Source of the DNA: Gammaproteobacteria bacterium
GTDB lineage: Bacteria > Pseudomonadota > Gammaproteobacteria > Eutrophobiales > Eutrophobiaceae
Direction of reading: 5' to 3'
DNA length: 64,000 bases
NCBI GenBank assembly: GCA_965204045.1
Contig: CBDBDW010000002.1
Location: 2,946,610 to 3,010,609 of the forward strand
In this document: in pieces, positions 47,915-59,085 of the stretch
Numbering within the stretch: position 1 is the stretch's first letter
Layout of the letters: each line of letters begins with the position of its first letter
Made by a program: the position numbers and the translations under genes
Notes under the pieces: generated by a model
The model's input: only the letters and a program-made list of their open reading frames with translations
What the model was told of the DNA's origin: nothing
Databases searched by the model: none

Positions 47915-49276
47915 TCAACCCGCCAGGCGCTCGCCGGACATTTGCAGGTATTCTTCCTCGAAGAAGAACCGGTCCGCCCCGAACGCGGGTTTCAGGTGGT
48001 CCAGCCAGGTCGCGTTCTCATCGAATTCGGCGAAGAACGGCTGCTGTGTCCAGGCTTCGTTACGGCCCTGCAGGAAGCGCAGCAAAAACACCTTCTCATT
48101 ATTGATTTCCGTTACACCCTGTACCTGTACCTTGCCTGGAGAGGCGCTCATTGAGGGTCCCCGTACCGTTCGGGCAAGCCCGGATACGGACTGGTATGCG
48201 GTCTGGTAAACCTCCAGGGCCCGCGCCAGGGGCACTTCGAAGTAACGCCGGGCGCCGGTATCCCGTTCCACAAACATGTAATAAGGAATCATGCCCAGTC
48301 GGACCTGCTCCCGCCACAACCTCGACCAGACCATGGGATCATTATTGATCTTGTCCAGTAATGGCCCCTGACAACGGATTTCGGCGCCGGTATCGCGAAT
48401 CCGCTGGATGGCGCGCCTGGTCATGTAGGATTCCAGTTCTCGCCAATGGTTGAAGTGAGCCATGAATGCCACGTGTTTACCTGCCCTCACCAGTCTTTCC
48501 AGCAGGCGCAGGAGTTCATCGGCATCTTCGTCGGTGACAAAACGGTGCGGCCAGTAGGTCAGGGCTTTGCTGCCAATGCGCAAGGTTTGAACATGGTGAA
48601 GTGAGCGGTCAAGCAGAGGTTCGATATAATACTTCAGGTGATGGGTTTTCATCACCATGGGGTCGCCCCCGGTAAGCAACAGGTCGGAGACTTCCTTATG
48701 CCGTTTCAGATAGGTATAGAGACCGTCCGATTCGGCAGATGAAAACCGAATCGATTTATCTCCGACAAATTGCGCCCAGCGAAAGCAAAAAGTGCAGTAG
48801 GAATGGCAGACCTGGCCCTGGGACGGGAAAAACAGGACGGTTTCATGGTATTTATGCTGCATCCCGCCCAATGGCTCTTCATCCAGCATCGGCACGTTCA
48901 ATTCCATTTGTCCGGCCGGATGCGGGTTGAGATCCTGCCGGATCTGGGTCGCAAGGGCATGAATGGTCTTGGTGTCGGCGCCTGATTTGATCAGTTTCGC
49001 CATCCGGTTGAATGCAGCCGGCTCCAGCATGTCCTTCTGGGGGAAAGTGAGCAGGAACATGGGGTCTGTTTCGGCATCATCCCAGTCGATGAGCGTATCG
49101 AGCACATACTGGTTGACCCTGAAAGGCAGAATTTTGGCAACGACGCGAATATCGTGGCGTAATTGGCCGGGCAGGCTGTCGAGTTGGCTTATCTGGTCAA
49201 GATGTTTTTCTGTGTATACTTTGAACTTTGTGCTTGGGACAAGCTCAGGCCTTCTGGCAATAGCAGCATAATTCAA
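47915..49276 (-). CDS. KamA-family radical SAM aminomutase (lysine 2,3-aminomutase-like)
   Basis: CHSYCTFC (Cx3Cx2C) radical-SAM cluster. KamA-like length of 453 aa. Confidence 0.7.
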   Translation of the reverse strand: MNYAAIARRPELVPSTKFKVYTEKHLDQISQLDSLPGQLRHDIRVVAKILPFRVNQYVLDTLIDWDDAETDPMFLLTFPQKDMLEPAAFNRMAKLIKSGADTKTIHALATQIRQDLNPHPAGQMELNVPMLDEEPLGGMQHKYHETVLFFPSQGQVCHSYCTFCFRWAQFVGDKSIRFSSAESDGLYTYLKRHKEVSDLLLTGGDPMVMKTHHLKYYIEPLLDRSLHHVQTLRIGSKALTYWPHRFVTDEDADELLRLLERLVRAGKHVAFMAHFNHWRELESYMTRRAIQRIRDTGAEIRCQGPLLDKINNDPMVWSRLWREQVRLGMIPYYMFVERDTGARRYFEVPLARALEVYQTAYQSVSGLARTVRGPSMSASPGKVQVQGVTEINNEKVFLLRFLQGRNEAWTQQPFFAEFDENATWLDHLKPAFGADRFFFEEEYLQMSGERLAG

Positions 49277-49383
49277 TGATACTCTCCCTATAATTTTTTC
49301 GGGGCTGTCGTATTTATTATTTGCCCCAGCGGGTTATTTTAGTTTTCTACATTAGGTTAAAATAATAACAGACTTTATTCGAG

Positions 49384-50028
49384 ATGACAATGCTACTCAA
49401 CAGAACCAAAACGAATATGCCGGATATGGACAACGCCCTGCCGGGGCGCGCCGTGGCGCTGCCCACTGCAGAGCGGCATTATGTCCACGGCCGGCCATTG
49501 AAACCGCCTTTCCCCGAAGGGATGATGAGAGCCGTGTTCGGACTGGGCTGTTTCTGGGGCGCGGAAAGGATATTCTGGCAATTGAAGGGCGTTTACACCA
49601 CGGCGGTCGGCTATGCCGGCGGGCTTACGCCAAATCCAACCTATCGAGAAGTGTGCAGCGGAATGACGGGTCACAATGAAGTGGTGCTGGTGGTTTATGA
49701 TCCAGAAGTCATCTTCTACCGGGATTTACTGCGGGTATTCTGGGAGGCGCACGATCCGACCCAGGGCATGCGCCAGGGCAATGATATCGGAACGCAGTAC
49801 CGGTCCGGTATCTATACCTTTACCGGTGAACAGGACAGAAGCGCCCTGGATTCAAGAGATGAGTACCAGACGGTCCTGTTGGGTAGCGGTTATGGCAGTA
49901 TCACTACCGAGATAACGGATGCCCCGGCATTTTATTACGCGGAAGACTACCACCAGCAATACCTGGCAAAGAACCCCGGCGGGTACTGTGGACTTGGAGG
50001 GACCGGAATCAGCTTTGGCAACCCCTGA
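49384..50028 (+). CDS. msrA: peptide methionine sulfoxide reductase MsrA
   Basis: Active site GLGCFWGAE and conserved GYAGG. Confidence 0.88.
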   Translation: MTMLLNRTKTNMPDMDNALPGRAVALPTAERHYVHGRPLKPPFPEGMMRAVFGLGCFWGAERIFWQLKGVYTTAVGYAGGLTPNPTYREVCSGMTGHNEVVLVVYDPEVIFYRDLLRVFWEAHDPTQGMRQGNDIGTQYRSGIYTFTGEQDRSALDSRDEYQTVLLGSGYGSITTEITDAPAFYYAEDYHQQYLAKNPGGYCGLGGTGISFGNP

Positions 50029-50044
50029 TTAAGTCAGAGCGTCA

Positions 50045-50566
50045 TCAACTCCCAGGCACCCCGGCGGCGTATTTGTTAATCCATTCTTCTGCCGCTCCTT
50101 CCCGGTTGAGAACAAACGGACCTTCGCGAAATTTCTTTTCCTTGATATATTCCTCAATATAACAGGTCTGTTCCACTATACGGGCGCGGCTGGCGTCTTC
50201 ATGGTGTCCGAGCCATAAGCCGATCTCGTAATAATCTTCCCGGTCGCGCACCATCACTACCTTGCCGTGGATTTTCTCCAGCCTGTCATTCAGCGTGATT
50301 GTCGCTTCTATGGTCGTGCCGGGCGCCAGGTATTCCTCGGACTGGAACAACAGGCCGGTGTTGCCCTGGTTATCCCCGGACTGCTCCATTTCAATATCCG
50401 GCAAAAGACGCTTGTAATCCAATGGAAAGCCGTGCCGGTGGTGAATAAAGCCGGTTTGCGCGTCAGTAATGGGGACATTGCCGATATCCTTCAGGTATGT
50501 CCTGCGCTTATCCCCGGAACGTCTTCTCATCATGCTGTTTACTTTTTGTAATAACATAGCCCCCAC
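50045..50566 (-). CDS. hypothetical protein, possible PilZ-domain c-di-GMP effector
   Basis: N-terminal RRRSGDKRR and DIEMEQSGDNQG loosely resemble the PilZ RxxxR / DxSxxG motifs. Weak. Confidence 0.3.
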   Translation of the reverse strand: MGAMLLQKVNSMMRRRSGDKRRTYLKDIGNVPITDAQTGFIHHRHGFPLDYKRLLPDIEMEQSGDNQGNTGLLFQSEEYLAPGTTIEATITLNDRLEKIHGKVVMVRDREDYYEIGLWLGHHEDASRARIVEQTCYIEEYIKEKKFREGPFVLNREGAAEEWINKYAAGVPGS

Positions 50567-50704
50567 CCGGTTGAAATTACTGGTTGTACCTTATATCCTA
50601 TTGATATGGAAAAATCAAGTGTTTTTTTTAAAAAAACATAAAGTTAAACGATCTAAGTAATATTTAACCTGAATAGTATATCCCGATAGCAGGGTAGCTT
50701 TGCA

Positions 50705-51187
50705 ATGAACAGAAATATCGTTATTACCGCAATTGTCCTGATCGCCGCCGCTACGGCTTACTCGTTTCTGAGCCTGGACGGAACCACAGGGAGGGATGAG
50801 GCCAAACCGGATAACGTTCAGTCAAGACAGGCGGAGTCCCCCATGCATGCGGAACCCGATCCTGCACAAACTGCAGAACAAAAACGCAGGGAAGCGATGC
50901 GCTCTGAATATGACAGGCTTGAGCAGGCGCGGGATGGCGTAAGGAAGCAGCTTGGAATACTCAAGTCCCGGTTATGGAAACTGCGCGTGCCGCCTGACCA
51001 GGCCAGGACAATACAGGAACAGATGCGGCAGGGTTATGCGCTATTGAAAAATCCACCTTTACTGGGCGCTTTTTCAAGTGCGGATGAAATTACCGGGGAA
51101 ATAGAAAAAGTGAACGGGGTCAACGACAGGCTGAAAGCCCTTGAGACGGATATGGACGGGTACCTGGCCGCCCGGGAGCCCCGCTGA
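50705..51187 (+). CDS. hypothetical exported coiled-coil protein
   Basis: N-terminal transmembrane/signal segment then a charged helical region. The 3' end overlaps convergent mtaB by 68 bp, so the boundary is uncertain. Confidence 0.35.
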   Translation: MNRNIVITAIVLIAAATAYSFLSLDGTTGRDEAKPDNVQSRQAESPMHAEPDPAQTAEQKRREAMRSEYDRLEQARDGVRKQLGILKSRLWKLRVPPDQARTIQEQMRQGYALLKNPPLLGAFSSADEITGEIEKVNGVNDRLKALETDMDGYLAAREPR

Positions 51188-52475
51188 CGCCTGCTTCCGC
51201 CACCAGCGCGCCGCTGCCCTCATCGTATTCCCTGACATGGGCAGTCACTATGCTGTTGGGGCGGGGAGAGGCGCCCGCAACCCTGATGGTTGTACGCAGG
51301 TAGTTGGGGGAGTAACCGAAGCGGACCTGCTTTCCGTTTAATTCCTCCGTATCGTTTTCTACCAGGACTTTGAAGTTTCGGCCCGGGTATCGCCGCATAT
51401 AATCATGTTTCATCTGCGTTGCAAGGTGATGCAATTCCTTGCAGCGCAATTTTTTTATCCCGGGGGGCAGTTGCCCCGGCAATAGAGCAGCCCGGGTGCC
51501 GGCCCGGGCCGAATAAGGAAAAATATGGATATGTGGAAACCCGATTTCCCGGCAGAAATCCAGGGTTTGGCGCCATTCTTCGGGCGTCTCACCCGGAAAT
51601 CCGGCGATGATGTCCGTTGTGATATTCAGGTCGGGGACATGCTGCCTGAGTTGGTCCGCCAGTTTTACAAAATGCACGCGCTTGCAGCGCCGGCCCATGC
51701 GCCGCAGTACGCTGTCACTGCCGCTTTGCATGGGCAGGTGCAGGTGCGGCATAAACCTGGGATTATCGAACAGTTCATGGAAGCCGCCGCCGATATTCCA
51801 GGGTTCCAGTGAACCCAGTCGCAGCCGGGGAATATCGGTTTCATCAAGGACGGTTTTAATCAATGCCGTTAAATCAGTTCCCAGGTCGCGCCCGTAGCCG
51901 CCGATATGTACGCCGGTCAGGACAGCTTCCCGGATTTGACGCGAGTGTAACGAATTTATCTCATCGACGATCTCCCTGGTTGTCCGGCTTCGTTCCGCGC
52001 CCCGGGCCAGCGTGACTATGCAGAACGTGCATTTATGCCGGCAGCCGTCCTGTACCTTGATAAAGGCCCGGTTACGCCCGCGGCTGAACAGGGCGGTTTC
52101 ATCCGGTTCCGTAGCCGCCACCGGCATGGCTTCTGCGGCCAGCCGCTGTTTTACGATATCCACCAGGCGATCCTTGTCGGAATTGTCTATTACCAGGTCT
52201 ATGCCCGGTAATTGTTTGATTTCGCCGGGTTGCAGGCTCGAATAACAACCGCTGACTACCAGTTTGGCTTTTGCGTTGCGCCGCTGGCTGCGCCGAATCA
52301 GTTGCCTGGACTTTTTTGCCGCCTCACAGGTCACCGCGCAGGTGTTGACGACTACCAGGTCGGCATTGTCCGTGGTTGTGGTCAACTGGTGACCGTCCGC
52401 CTGGAAACCTGATGCCCAGTGTTCCAGTTCGGCCTCGTTCAGGCGGCAACCCAGGGATTTAAGCGCAACTTTCAT
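51120..52475 (-). CDS. MiaB-family radical SAM methylthiotransferase (MtaB-like)
   Basis: N-terminal MTTase cysteines (LGCRLN, NTCAV, SGCY). Radical [15 protein letters not shown]-like C-terminus. Confidence 0.75.
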   Translation of the reverse strand: MKVALKSLGCRLNEAELEHWASGFQADGHQLTTTTDNADLVVVNTCAVTCEAAKKSRQLIRRSQRRNAKAKLVVSGCYSSLQPGEIKQLPGIDLVIDNSDKDRLVDIVKQRLAAEAMPVAATEPDETALFSRGRNRAFIKVQDGCRHKCTFCIVTLARGAERSRTTREIVDEINSLHSRQIREAVLTGVHIGGYGRDLGTDLTALIKTVLDETDIPRLRLGSLEPWNIGGGFHELFDNPRFMPHLHLPMQSGSDSVLRRMGRRCKRVHFVKLADQLRQHVPDLNITTDIIAGFPGETPEEWRQTLDFCREIGFPHIHIFPYSARAGTRAALLPGQLPPGIKKLRCKELHHLATQMKHDYMRRYPGRNFKVLVENDTEELNGKQVRFGYSPNYLRTTIRVAGASPRPNSIVTAHVREYDEGSGALVAEAGVSGAPGRPGTRPYPSQGLSACR

Positions 52476-53616
52476 ATGTCTCCCGCGCGATGATCAGTTT
52501 CTGTATCTCGGATGCGCCTTCATAGATGCGCAGGGCGCGGATTTCCCGGTAAAGCTCTTCCACCTTTTCACCGCGTGTCACGCCGCGCGCGCCGAATAAC
52601 TGCACGGCGCGGTCTATGACCTGCTGGGCCGATTCGGTCGCATGCAACTTTGCCATGGCGGCTTCCCGCGTGATGCGGTCTGTGCCGCAGTCCCTGGTCC
52701 AGGCGGCGCGGTACACCAGCAGGGCGCTGGCATCGACGGCCACGGCCATGTCCGCGATACTGTCCCGGGTCATCTGCATATCGGCAAGCGTCCTGCCGAA
52801 AAGCTGCCGCGTCCCGATATGACTGAGCGTCTCTTCCAGCGCGCAGCGCGCAAATCCCAGCGCTGCCGCGCCTACTGTTGAACGAAACACGTCCAGTGTG
52901 GCCATGGCGATATTAAACCCTTCACCCGGCTTGCCCAACAGGCTTGTCTGCGGCGCCCTGCAATCCCTGAACTCAAGGCGCGCCAGGGGATGTGGCGCAA
53001 TCACTTCAATGCGTTCCGCTATTTCCAGTCCCGGCGTTCCGGCATCGACAATGAAAGCGCTGAGACCTCCCGCCCCGGCTTCTTCGCCGGTGCGGACGAA
53101 CAGGGTATAGAAGTCGGCAATGCCGCCGTTAGATATCCAGGTCTTCTCGCCGTTGATGATGTAATCGTTTCCGTCCTTTACCGCGCTCGTAGTCAGTGAG
53201 ACGACGTCGGAACCTGCCCCGGGTTCGGACAGGGCGAATGCTGCAATCCTGTCGCCGTTGCGCACTGCGGGCAAATAATCGTTTTTTTGTTCCCGGGTGC
53301 CGAACAGGGCGATGGCGCCGCTGCCCAGCCCCTGCATGGCGAAAGCGAAATCCGCCAGCCCGGAATGGCGCGCGAGGGTCTCGCGGATAAGGCATAATGA
53401 CCTGACATCCGGCGGGTCATCGGAACCGGGCGCCGGCGCAGCATGGTTGAGCCAGCCGGCGTCGGCAAGGAGTTTAACCAAATCCCTGCAGGCATCGTCG
53501 ACGTCACCCTGGTGTTGCCGGGGCAGGGACTGCCTGCACCAGTCATCCAGTCCGGCGGCCAGTTGCCTGTGCCGGCCGGTAAAAAAAGGCCAGTCAAGAA
53601 AGCTGCGGTCAACCAT
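52459..53616 (-). CDS. acyl-CoA dehydrogenase
   Basis: ACAD fold, [11 protein letters not shown]. Start taken at the ATG overlapping the upstream stop (TGATG at 53614-53618). Confidence 0.8.
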   Translation of the reverse strand: MVDRSFLDWPFFTGRHRQLAAGLDDWCRQSLPRQHQGDVDDACRDLVKLLADAGWLNHAAPAPGSDDPPDVRSLCLIRETLARHSGLADFAFAMQGLGSGAIALFGTREQKNDYLPAVRNGDRIAAFALSEPGAGSDVVSLTTSAVKDGNDYIINGEKTWISNGGIADFYTLFVRTGEEAGAGGLSAFIVDAGTPGLEIAERIEVIAPHPLARLEFRDCRAPQTSLLGKPGEGFNIAMATLDVFRSTVGAAALGFARCALEETLSHIGTRQLFGRTLADMQMTRDSIADMAVAVDASALLVYRAAWTRDCGTDRITREAAMAKLHATESAQQVIDRAVQLFGARGVTRGEKVEELYREIRALRIYEGASEIQKLIIARETYESCA

Positions 53617-54425
53617 CAGTCGCCTTTGAATACGGGTTTTTCCTTGTTCATGAAAGCCGTATAGGCCCGGCGAAAATCTTCGGTCTGCATGCACATCGCC
53701 TGGGCCTGTGCCTCGGCTTCAATGGCCTGGTCCAGGGCCATGTCCCATTCCTTGCGCAACATGGTCTTGGTGACGCCATGGGCAAATGTCGGCCCGCGCA
53801 CAAGTTGCCCGCCCAGCCTGCGCGCTTCATTCTGCAATTCGTCCGCCGCGGCCAGGGAGTTGTAAAAACCCCAGCGATGGCCTTCTTCCGCATTCATGGA
53901 ACGGCCTGTGTAGAGCAGTTCCGCGGCGCGTCCATGGCCGATTATCCTGGGCAGGATGGCGCAGGCCCCCATGTCGCACCCCGCCAGTCCGACGCGGGTG
54001 AACAGGAACGCGGTTTTTGCTTCCGGGGTGGCGATACGCATATCGCTGGCCATGGCGATGCAGGCGCCGGCGCCCACACAGATACCGTCCACTGCGGCAA
54101 TAATCGGTTGAGGGCAGTGGAGCATCGCCTTGATGAGGTCGCCGGTCATCCGGGTAAACTCCAGCAGGTCTTTCATATTCATTTCCGTGAGCGGCCCTAT
54201 GATGTCGCGCACGTCGCCGCCGGAGCAGAAGTTCCCTTCTGCGCCGGTGATGACCACCACCTTGACATCCTCGGCCGCTGCCAGGAGACGAAACGTATCC
54301 CGCAGTTCCGCATAAGAAGCGAAGGTCAGGGGGTTTTTCCTCTCCGGGCGGTTCATGGTCACCGCGGCCATGCCGTCGGAACAGGACCAGGCAAAGTGTT
54401 GTGGATTATGACCTTGCATATTCAT
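53616..54425 (-). CDS. enoyl-CoA hydratase/isomerase (crotonase family)
   Basis: Crotonase oxyanion-hole segments ([14 protein letters not shown]). Confidence 0.8.
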   Translation of the reverse strand: MNMQGHNPQHFAWSCSDGMAAVTMNRPERKNPLTFASYAELRDTFRLLAAAEDVKVVVITGAEGNFCSGGDVRDIIGPLTEMNMKDLLEFTRMTGDLIKAMLHCPQPIIAAVDGICVGAGACIAMASDMRIATPEAKTAFLFTRVGLAGCDMGACAILPRIIGHGRAAELLYTGRSMNAEEGHRWGFYNSLAAADELQNEARRLGGQLVRGPTFAHGVTKTMLRKEWDMALDQAIEAEAQAQAMCMQTEDFRRAYTAFMNKEKPVFKGD

Positions 54426-54448
54426 GGGGTTACCGGGGTTTCCTCATC

Positions 54449-55213
54449 TTACATCACCTCGCCGCCGGCAATCGGAATGGACTGGCCGGTGATCGATTCG
54501 CTGCCGGGCAGGCATAACCAGGCTGCCGCCGCTGCCACTTCTTCGGGCTCGATGAAACGGCGCTGGGGGTTCACGGACTTGAGGCGCGCTTCCGTCTCCT
54601 CCCTGGTCATGCCTGTCTTGTCCATGATCCTGGTTATTGCCTCGGCGACCAGGTCCGTATTGGTATAGCCGGGACAGATCGCATTGACGGTAATGCCGGT
54701 GCTCGCGAGTTCCAGCGCCAGGGACCGGGTCAGGCCGATCACGCCGTGCTTGGCCGCGCAGTAGGCCGTTACGTACGCATAGCCGGTAAGCCCGGCCGTG
54801 CTGGCGATATTGACGATGCGACCCCAATCGGCCTGCAGCATCCCGCTCAGCACCTGCCTGCTGCAATAAAACACGCCGCCCAGGTTGACTGCCAGCGTCT
54901 GTTCCCAGTTGTCGCTGTCTATCCGGGCAAACGGACTGCTGTAGGCTGCGCCGGCGTTGTTCACCAGGATGTCAACCGGGCCGAAGCAGGCTACGGCCTT
55001 GTCAAATCCGGCTTGTACGGCTTCTTCGTCGGTAACATCAACCTGTACCGAGGTTGCCCGTTCCAGTTGTTTCTCCCGGGCATGTAAAGCGCTTTCCGTC
55101 CTGCCCATAAGGGTAATCCTGGCGCCCAGGCGATTCATCTCATCTGCGATGGACGCGCCTATCCCTTTTCCACCGCCGGTCACCACCACGTGTTTGTCGC
55201 TGAGCGCAGCCAT
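54449..55213 (-). CDS. SDR-family oxidoreductase (3-hydroxyacyl-CoA dehydrogenase-like)
   Basis: TGGGKGIG cofactor motif. Catalytic YxxxK (YCAAK). Confidence 0.8.
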   Translation of the reverse strand: MAALSDKHVVVTGGGKGIGASIADEMNRLGARITLMGRTESALHAREKQLERATSVQVDVTDEEAVQAGFDKAVACFGPVDILVNNAGAAYSSPFARIDSDNWEQTLAVNLGGVFYCSRQVLSGMLQADWGRIVNIASTAGLTGYAYVTAYCAAKHGVIGLTRSLALELASTGITVNAICPGYTNTDLVAEAITRIMDKTGMTREETEARLKSVNPQRRFIEPEEVAAAAAWLCLPGSESITGQSIPIAGGEVM

Positions 55214-55249
55214 TTTCCCGGCAATGCCGAATACAATATTCCCTGTCGG

Positions 55250-56407
55250 TCAGCGGTTAGCCGTATGCCCGCAGGCCATGCCGGCGATGATCATCTTCTG
55301 AATATTGGACGTCCCTTCCACCACCTGCAGGGATTTGGCGTCGCGATAGAACCGCTCTGCAGGATATTCCGTGGAATAGCCGTAAGAGCCGAAGATCTTC
55401 ATACATTCGTTCGCTGCGTGTACTGCCGCTTCCGACGCTGCCAGCTTGGCCATGGAGGTTTCGTACTGGTTGGGCCTGCCCTGGTCCTTCAACCAGGCGG
55501 CCTTGTACACCAGCAACTGCGCGGCCTCGTGTTCCACTGCCATATCCGCTATCTGGGACTGGATCATCTGGTGGCGTGATATGGGTTTACCGAACTGTTT
55601 ACGCTCGTTGGCATAGTCGACGGCAAGCTGCAGCGCGCCGCCAGCCACGCCCAGGGCGCCGGCGGCGCAACCGATGCGGGTATTGTTCAACTGCCACATG
55701 CACATCCTGAAACCGTTATTAAACTCACCCAGCAGGGCATCCCTGGGAACACGAGCCCCCTCAAAGACGAATTCACCGGTCGGAGAGCAATGCAGTCCCA
55801 GCTTGGTCTCGATGGGACGGGCGGTGCATCCTTCAAGGTTCCTGGGTTCGATGATAAAACAACTGATGCCCTTGTTACCTTTTTCCCTGTCCGTATAGGC
55901 ATACAGCAGGCCGGCATCACCGATGTGGGCATTGGAAATCCAGATCTTGCTGCCGTGCAGTTCGAAATGATCGCCTTTATCAACAGCATAGGTCTTCATG
56001 CTGGCGACATCCGAGCCCGTATCGGGTTCGGTCATGGCAAAGAAGCCCATTTTTGTCCCGTCTATCCAACCCGGGATGTATTTTTCCTGTTGTTCACGGG
56101 TACCGAACTTCGCTACCGACAGGGGAGGCCCCAGGTTCTGCATGTTGAACGGCAGGCGCCAGGAAGCGGACACCCGGGCGATCTGTTCCGCCATGAGCGC
56201 GGATTCCAGGAAGCCCATGCCGTTCCCGCCGAGTTCATCCGGCAGGACGCAGGAAAAGAAACCGAGTTCACCCATTTGCGCCACGCGTTCCAGTTTGAAC
56301 TCCCGGTTTCTTTCCTCTTCTTCCAGGGTCGGGGCTATCTCCTCCAGGGCAAACCGTTTGGCGGTGTCCTGCACCAGTTGCTGTTCTTCGGTTAATTCAA
56401 AAAACAT
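55250..56407 (-). CDS. acyl-CoA dehydrogenase (short/glutaryl-type)
   Basis: MFFELTEEQQ N-terminus. ACAD signature regions. Confidence 0.85.
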   Translation of the reverse strand: MFFELTEEQQLVQDTAKRFALEEIAPTLEEEERNREFKLERVAQMGELGFFSCVLPDELGGNGMGFLESALMAEQIARVSASWRLPFNMQNLGPPLSVAKFGTREQQEKYIPGWIDGTKMGFFAMTEPDTGSDVASMKTYAVDKGDHFELHGSKIWISNAHIGDAGLLYAYTDREKGNKGISCFIIEPRNLEGCTARPIETKLGLHCSPTGEFVFEGARVPRDALLGEFNNGFRMCMWQLNNTRIGCAAGALGVAGGALQLAVDYANERKQFGKPISRHQMIQSQIADMAVEHEAAQLLVYKAAWLKDQGRPNQYETSMAKLAASEAAVHAANECMKIFGSYGYSTEYPAERFYRDAKSLQVVEGTSNIQKMIIAGMACGHTANR

Positions 56408-56427
56408 GGCCGCCTTCCTTTAGTAAA

Positions 56428-56452
56428 GGGGACGGATTTCAAATCCGTCCCC
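56428..56452. repeat. REP-like palindrome ggggacggat-ttcaa-atccgtcccc (family member 3), probable intra-operon terminator/attenuator
   Basis: Perfect 10-bp stem. On the minus strand it is followed by tttactaaag. Confidence 0.55.
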
Positions 56453-56486
56453 GGATGAAACCCAAAAAAACATGGCTGCCTCTCAT

Positions 56487-56717
56487 TCATTGTGTCTCAA
56501 TGGACATCAGGGGTTGCTCTTCCTCCACCGTATCGCCTTCCCGGACGTAAATCTCCTTTACCCTGCCGTCACAGGGCGCATACACGGGGGTTTCCATTTT
56601 CAATGCCTCTATGATGAGCACTTCATCATCTTCCTCTACGCTTTCATCCAGCGCCACCGAGATTTTCCAGATGGTCCCCGACAGGGGCGCCAACACGTCT
56701 TCCGTATTTTTCTGCAT
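56487..56717 (-). CDS. biotin carboxyl carrier-like subunit of the Na+-translocating decarboxylase
   Basis: Biotinyl-domain EALKMETPV (AMKM-type) motif. Start taken at MQKNTEDV because the ORF-track extension is unlikely. Confidence 0.65.
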   Translation of the reverse strand: MQKNTEDVLAPLSGTIWKISVALDESVEEDDEVLIIEALKMETPVYAPCDGRVKEIYVREGDTVEEEQPLMSIETQ

Positions 56718-56745
56718 TGTTATGTAACCTATTGATTTATAAGCG

Positions 56746-56961
56746 TCACACAGCGACAGGCGTAAGGCTGAATACTCGGGAATACTTTGCAGCAGTCTTG
56801 ACGTCACCCCGACGCAGGGACTCACGTACATCGTCAAGCCTGTAAGCGTCATCAAGAGACAGGTATGGCGACCACTCTCCGGGTTCTTCCAGCAACTCTA
56901 CTTCAACTTCCGCAACAAAGTTACCTTCGTGAATGAACTTCGTCTGTTTTCTCTTGGTCAT
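56746..56961 (-). CDS. small hypothetical protein (71 aa)
   Basis: ORF only, no motifs. Confidence 0.25.
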   Translation of the reverse strand: MTKRKQTKFIHEGNFVAEVEVELLEEPGEWSPYLSLDDAYRLDDVRESLRRGDVKTAAKYSRVFSLTPVAV

Positions 56962-57181
56962 TGGCGTCTCCGCTTGAAATCAGGTTCCCATTTTTCAGGA
57001 TTGGGGATGTATGCAGTAATTAACACTGCGGCGATCTCATCATATCCATGCTCCGAAATTCGGATATTTCCCTCAAGAACCAGTGCTCTGACGTTGTTGA
57101 ATGTATTACTCACAACACTCTTTACCGCTGCTTATATTATCATTGCATGAGTATGTATTATAGAGAACTTAAGAAAATCTT

Positions 57182-57398
57182 TAACTACTCACCCCCACTC
57201 GTCCTTCCTGCACTTCTCCTCGTTCGTCATTCCCGCGCGCCCCCCGTCATTCCCGCGCAGGCGGGAATCCAGTGAAAAAAACGTCCCAAAGGGACACGTT
57301 ATAAGGTGTCGCAAGCGACCCGTTTAACAGACTGGATTCCGGCCTTCGCCGGAATGACGAAGGGAGCGCGGGACGAACAGGAGGGGTGAGTAGTTACA
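57182..57398. repeat. MITE-like element, copy 3, nested inside an additional outer inverted repeat (aactactcacccc / ggggtgagtagtt)
   Basis: Inner inverted repeats cgtcattcccgcgcaggcgggaatccagtg / actggattccggccttcgccggaatgacg. Core gtcccaaagggacacgttat. Outer 13-bp inverted repeats read directly. Confidence 0.7.
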
Positions 57399-57731
57399 AA
57401 GAGTGATAAATAACCATACAATAATCGTGTAGGCTATAAACTCTCCATTTTCTGATATACCAAGACTTGCAAACATGAACACAACGATAAACACCGTCCA
57501 GGAGAGAGTGTAATTTCTGATGATATTCCAGACGGTTCCTCCCTCTCGAACTTCCCCTGCTTTTAAATTTCGATATGCAAAATACAGTGGTAAAGCGATA
57601 AAAGTCCCTAATATGAACGTTAGGAATGACCAGCCAAGAGAGCGATTTTTCCTTGTTCGCGCATCGAAGAAAACCCAAATAGAAAAGGGCAAACCTAGCA
57701 CTGATCCCACAATAAAAAATAACTCGCTCAT
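57324..57731 (-). CDS. hypothetical membrane protein whose last ~25 codons and stop are supplied by the MITE
   Basis: Three to four hydrophobic helices. The 3' 75 nt lie inside repeat copy 3. Confidence 0.4.
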   Translation of the reverse strand: MSELFFIVGSVLGLPFSIWVFFDARTRKNRSLGWSFLTFILGTFIALPLYFAYRNLKAGEVREGGTVWNIIRNYTLSWTVFIVVFMFASLGISENGEFIAYTIIVWLFITLCNYSPLLFVPRSLRHSGEGRNPVC

Positions 57732-57768
57732 AGGTTCTGCAATATTAGATTGATTGTCCTCCGCGCAT

Positions 57769-58872
57769 TTATTTCAATATGGTCAGGAATATACCGGCTG
57801 CAATGACGGTGCCGATCACACCGGCGATATTGGGGCCCATGGCAAACATGAGCAGGTAATTCTTTTTATCGGACTGAGCGCCGATTTTCTGCACGACCCG
57901 GGCCGCCATCGGTACTGCCGAGACGCCAGCGGCGCCGACCAGGGGGTTAATCTTGTTCACGCTAAAAACATTGATCAGTTTGGCAAACAGTATGCCGCTG
58001 GCCGTGCTGACCATAAACGCAAACAGGCCCAGGAAGAAAATAAGTATGACGTCGGTGCGCAAAAAAGTGTCCGCGCTCATGGTGGCGCCGACGCTGACGC
58101 CGAGGAATATGGTCGCGATGTTCATCAGGGAATTCTGCGCCGTATCGGTCAAACGATCGACAACCCCGGATTCGCGGAACAGGTTGCCGAGCATGAACAT
58201 GGATACCAGCGGCGCCGATGCCGGCACCACCAGGATAATCACCAGGGCCGCAATGATGGGAAACAGCAGTTTCTCCCTGGAACCGACCTTGCGGCCCTTG
58301 GCCATGCGGATTTTTCGCTCATTCTCCGTAGTCAACAGGCGCATGATGGGAGGTTGAATGATCGGCACCAGCGCCATGTAGGAATACGCGGCGACGGCGC
58401 AGGCACCAAGCAGGTGCGGCGCCAGTTGGGCCGCCAGGAAGATAGTCGTCGGCCCGTCCGCGCCTCCGATAATACTGATAGTAGCCGCGTCCTCCAGGCT
58501 GAAGCCCAGGCCGACACCCAGAAAAAACGTCAGGTAAACGCCCACCTGCGCGCCGGCGCCCAGGAAGATAAGCCGCGGTTGCGAGAGCAGGGGGCCGAAA
58601 TCGGTCAGCGCGCCCAGACCCAGGAATATCAAGGGTGGGAGGATGCGCCACTCTATCCCGTGATGGTAAAAGCGCCAGAGCAAACCTTCCCCCGTCTCCA
58701 TCAATCCGGTCAGCGGCAGGTTGGCAAGGAGGATGCCGAACCCGATGGGCAATAACAGCAGCGGTTCATACTGTTTGGTAACGGCCAGGTAGATCAGCGC
58801 CAGCCCGATCAGCCACATTACCACCAGGCCGGGCGTGACGGCAAAAATACCCATGTTTTCGATAAATGCCAT
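57769..58872 (-). CDS. Na+-translocating decarboxylase beta subunit (OadB/GcdB/MmdB family membrane pump)
   Basis: 367-aa polytopic protein with the conserved OadB-like layout. Lies between the gamma-like and biotin-carrier genes. Confidence 0.8.
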   Translation of the reverse strand: MAFIENMGIFAVTPGLVVMWLIGLALIYLAVTKQYEPLLLLPIGFGILLANLPLTGLMETGEGLLWRFYHHGIEWRILPPLIFLGLGALTDFGPLLSQPRLIFLGAGAQVGVYLTFFLGVGLGFSLEDAATISIIGGADGPTTIFLAAQLAPHLLGACAVAAYSYMALVPIIQPPIMRLLTTENERKIRMAKGRKVGSREKLLFPIIAALVIILVVPASAPLVSMFMLGNLFRESGVVDRLTDTAQNSLMNIATIFLGVSVGATMSADTFLRTDVILIFFLGLFAFMVSTASGILFAKLINVFSVNKINPLVGAAGVSAVPMAARVVQKIGAQSDKKNYLLMFAMGPNIAGVIGTVIAAGIFLTILK

Positions 58873-59000
58873 TACTCTTCCTTGTCCGCCGCCGGCTTGT
58901 CCGCCACCAGAGCGAGCAGCTTGATGCAGAGGTACAACACTGCCATACCGGCGAATACTCCGCCGATACCGTTCAGGAAAACTTCCAGGGCCTGTTCCAT
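58872..59000 (-). CDS. OadG/GcdD-like small membrane-anchor subunit (42 aa; below the ORF-track size cut-off)
   Basis: My own translation is MEQALEVFLNGIGGVFAGMAVLYLCIKLLALVADKPAADKEE. Stop overlaps the beta-subunit start (TAATG). Confidence 0.45.
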   Translation of the reverse strand: MEQALEVFLNGIGGVFAGMAVLYLCIKLLALVADKPAADKEE

Positions 59001-59085
59001 TTACTCGATTCTACCTTGATTTCACCAGTGCGCCGGACATTAACAGGTATTACCTTGTTGTTCAGGTGAGATACGCTGGTCAGGG

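Noticed and set aside
57048-57275. 75-aa ORF ending ...VIPAQAGIQ
   Set aside because: Lies largely inside the MITE copy and reads through its inverted repeat. Not a gene.
57754-58755. 333-aa plus-strand ORF
   Set aside because: Antisense to the OadB-like membrane subunit. Product is an H/R/G/D-rich nonsense sequence.
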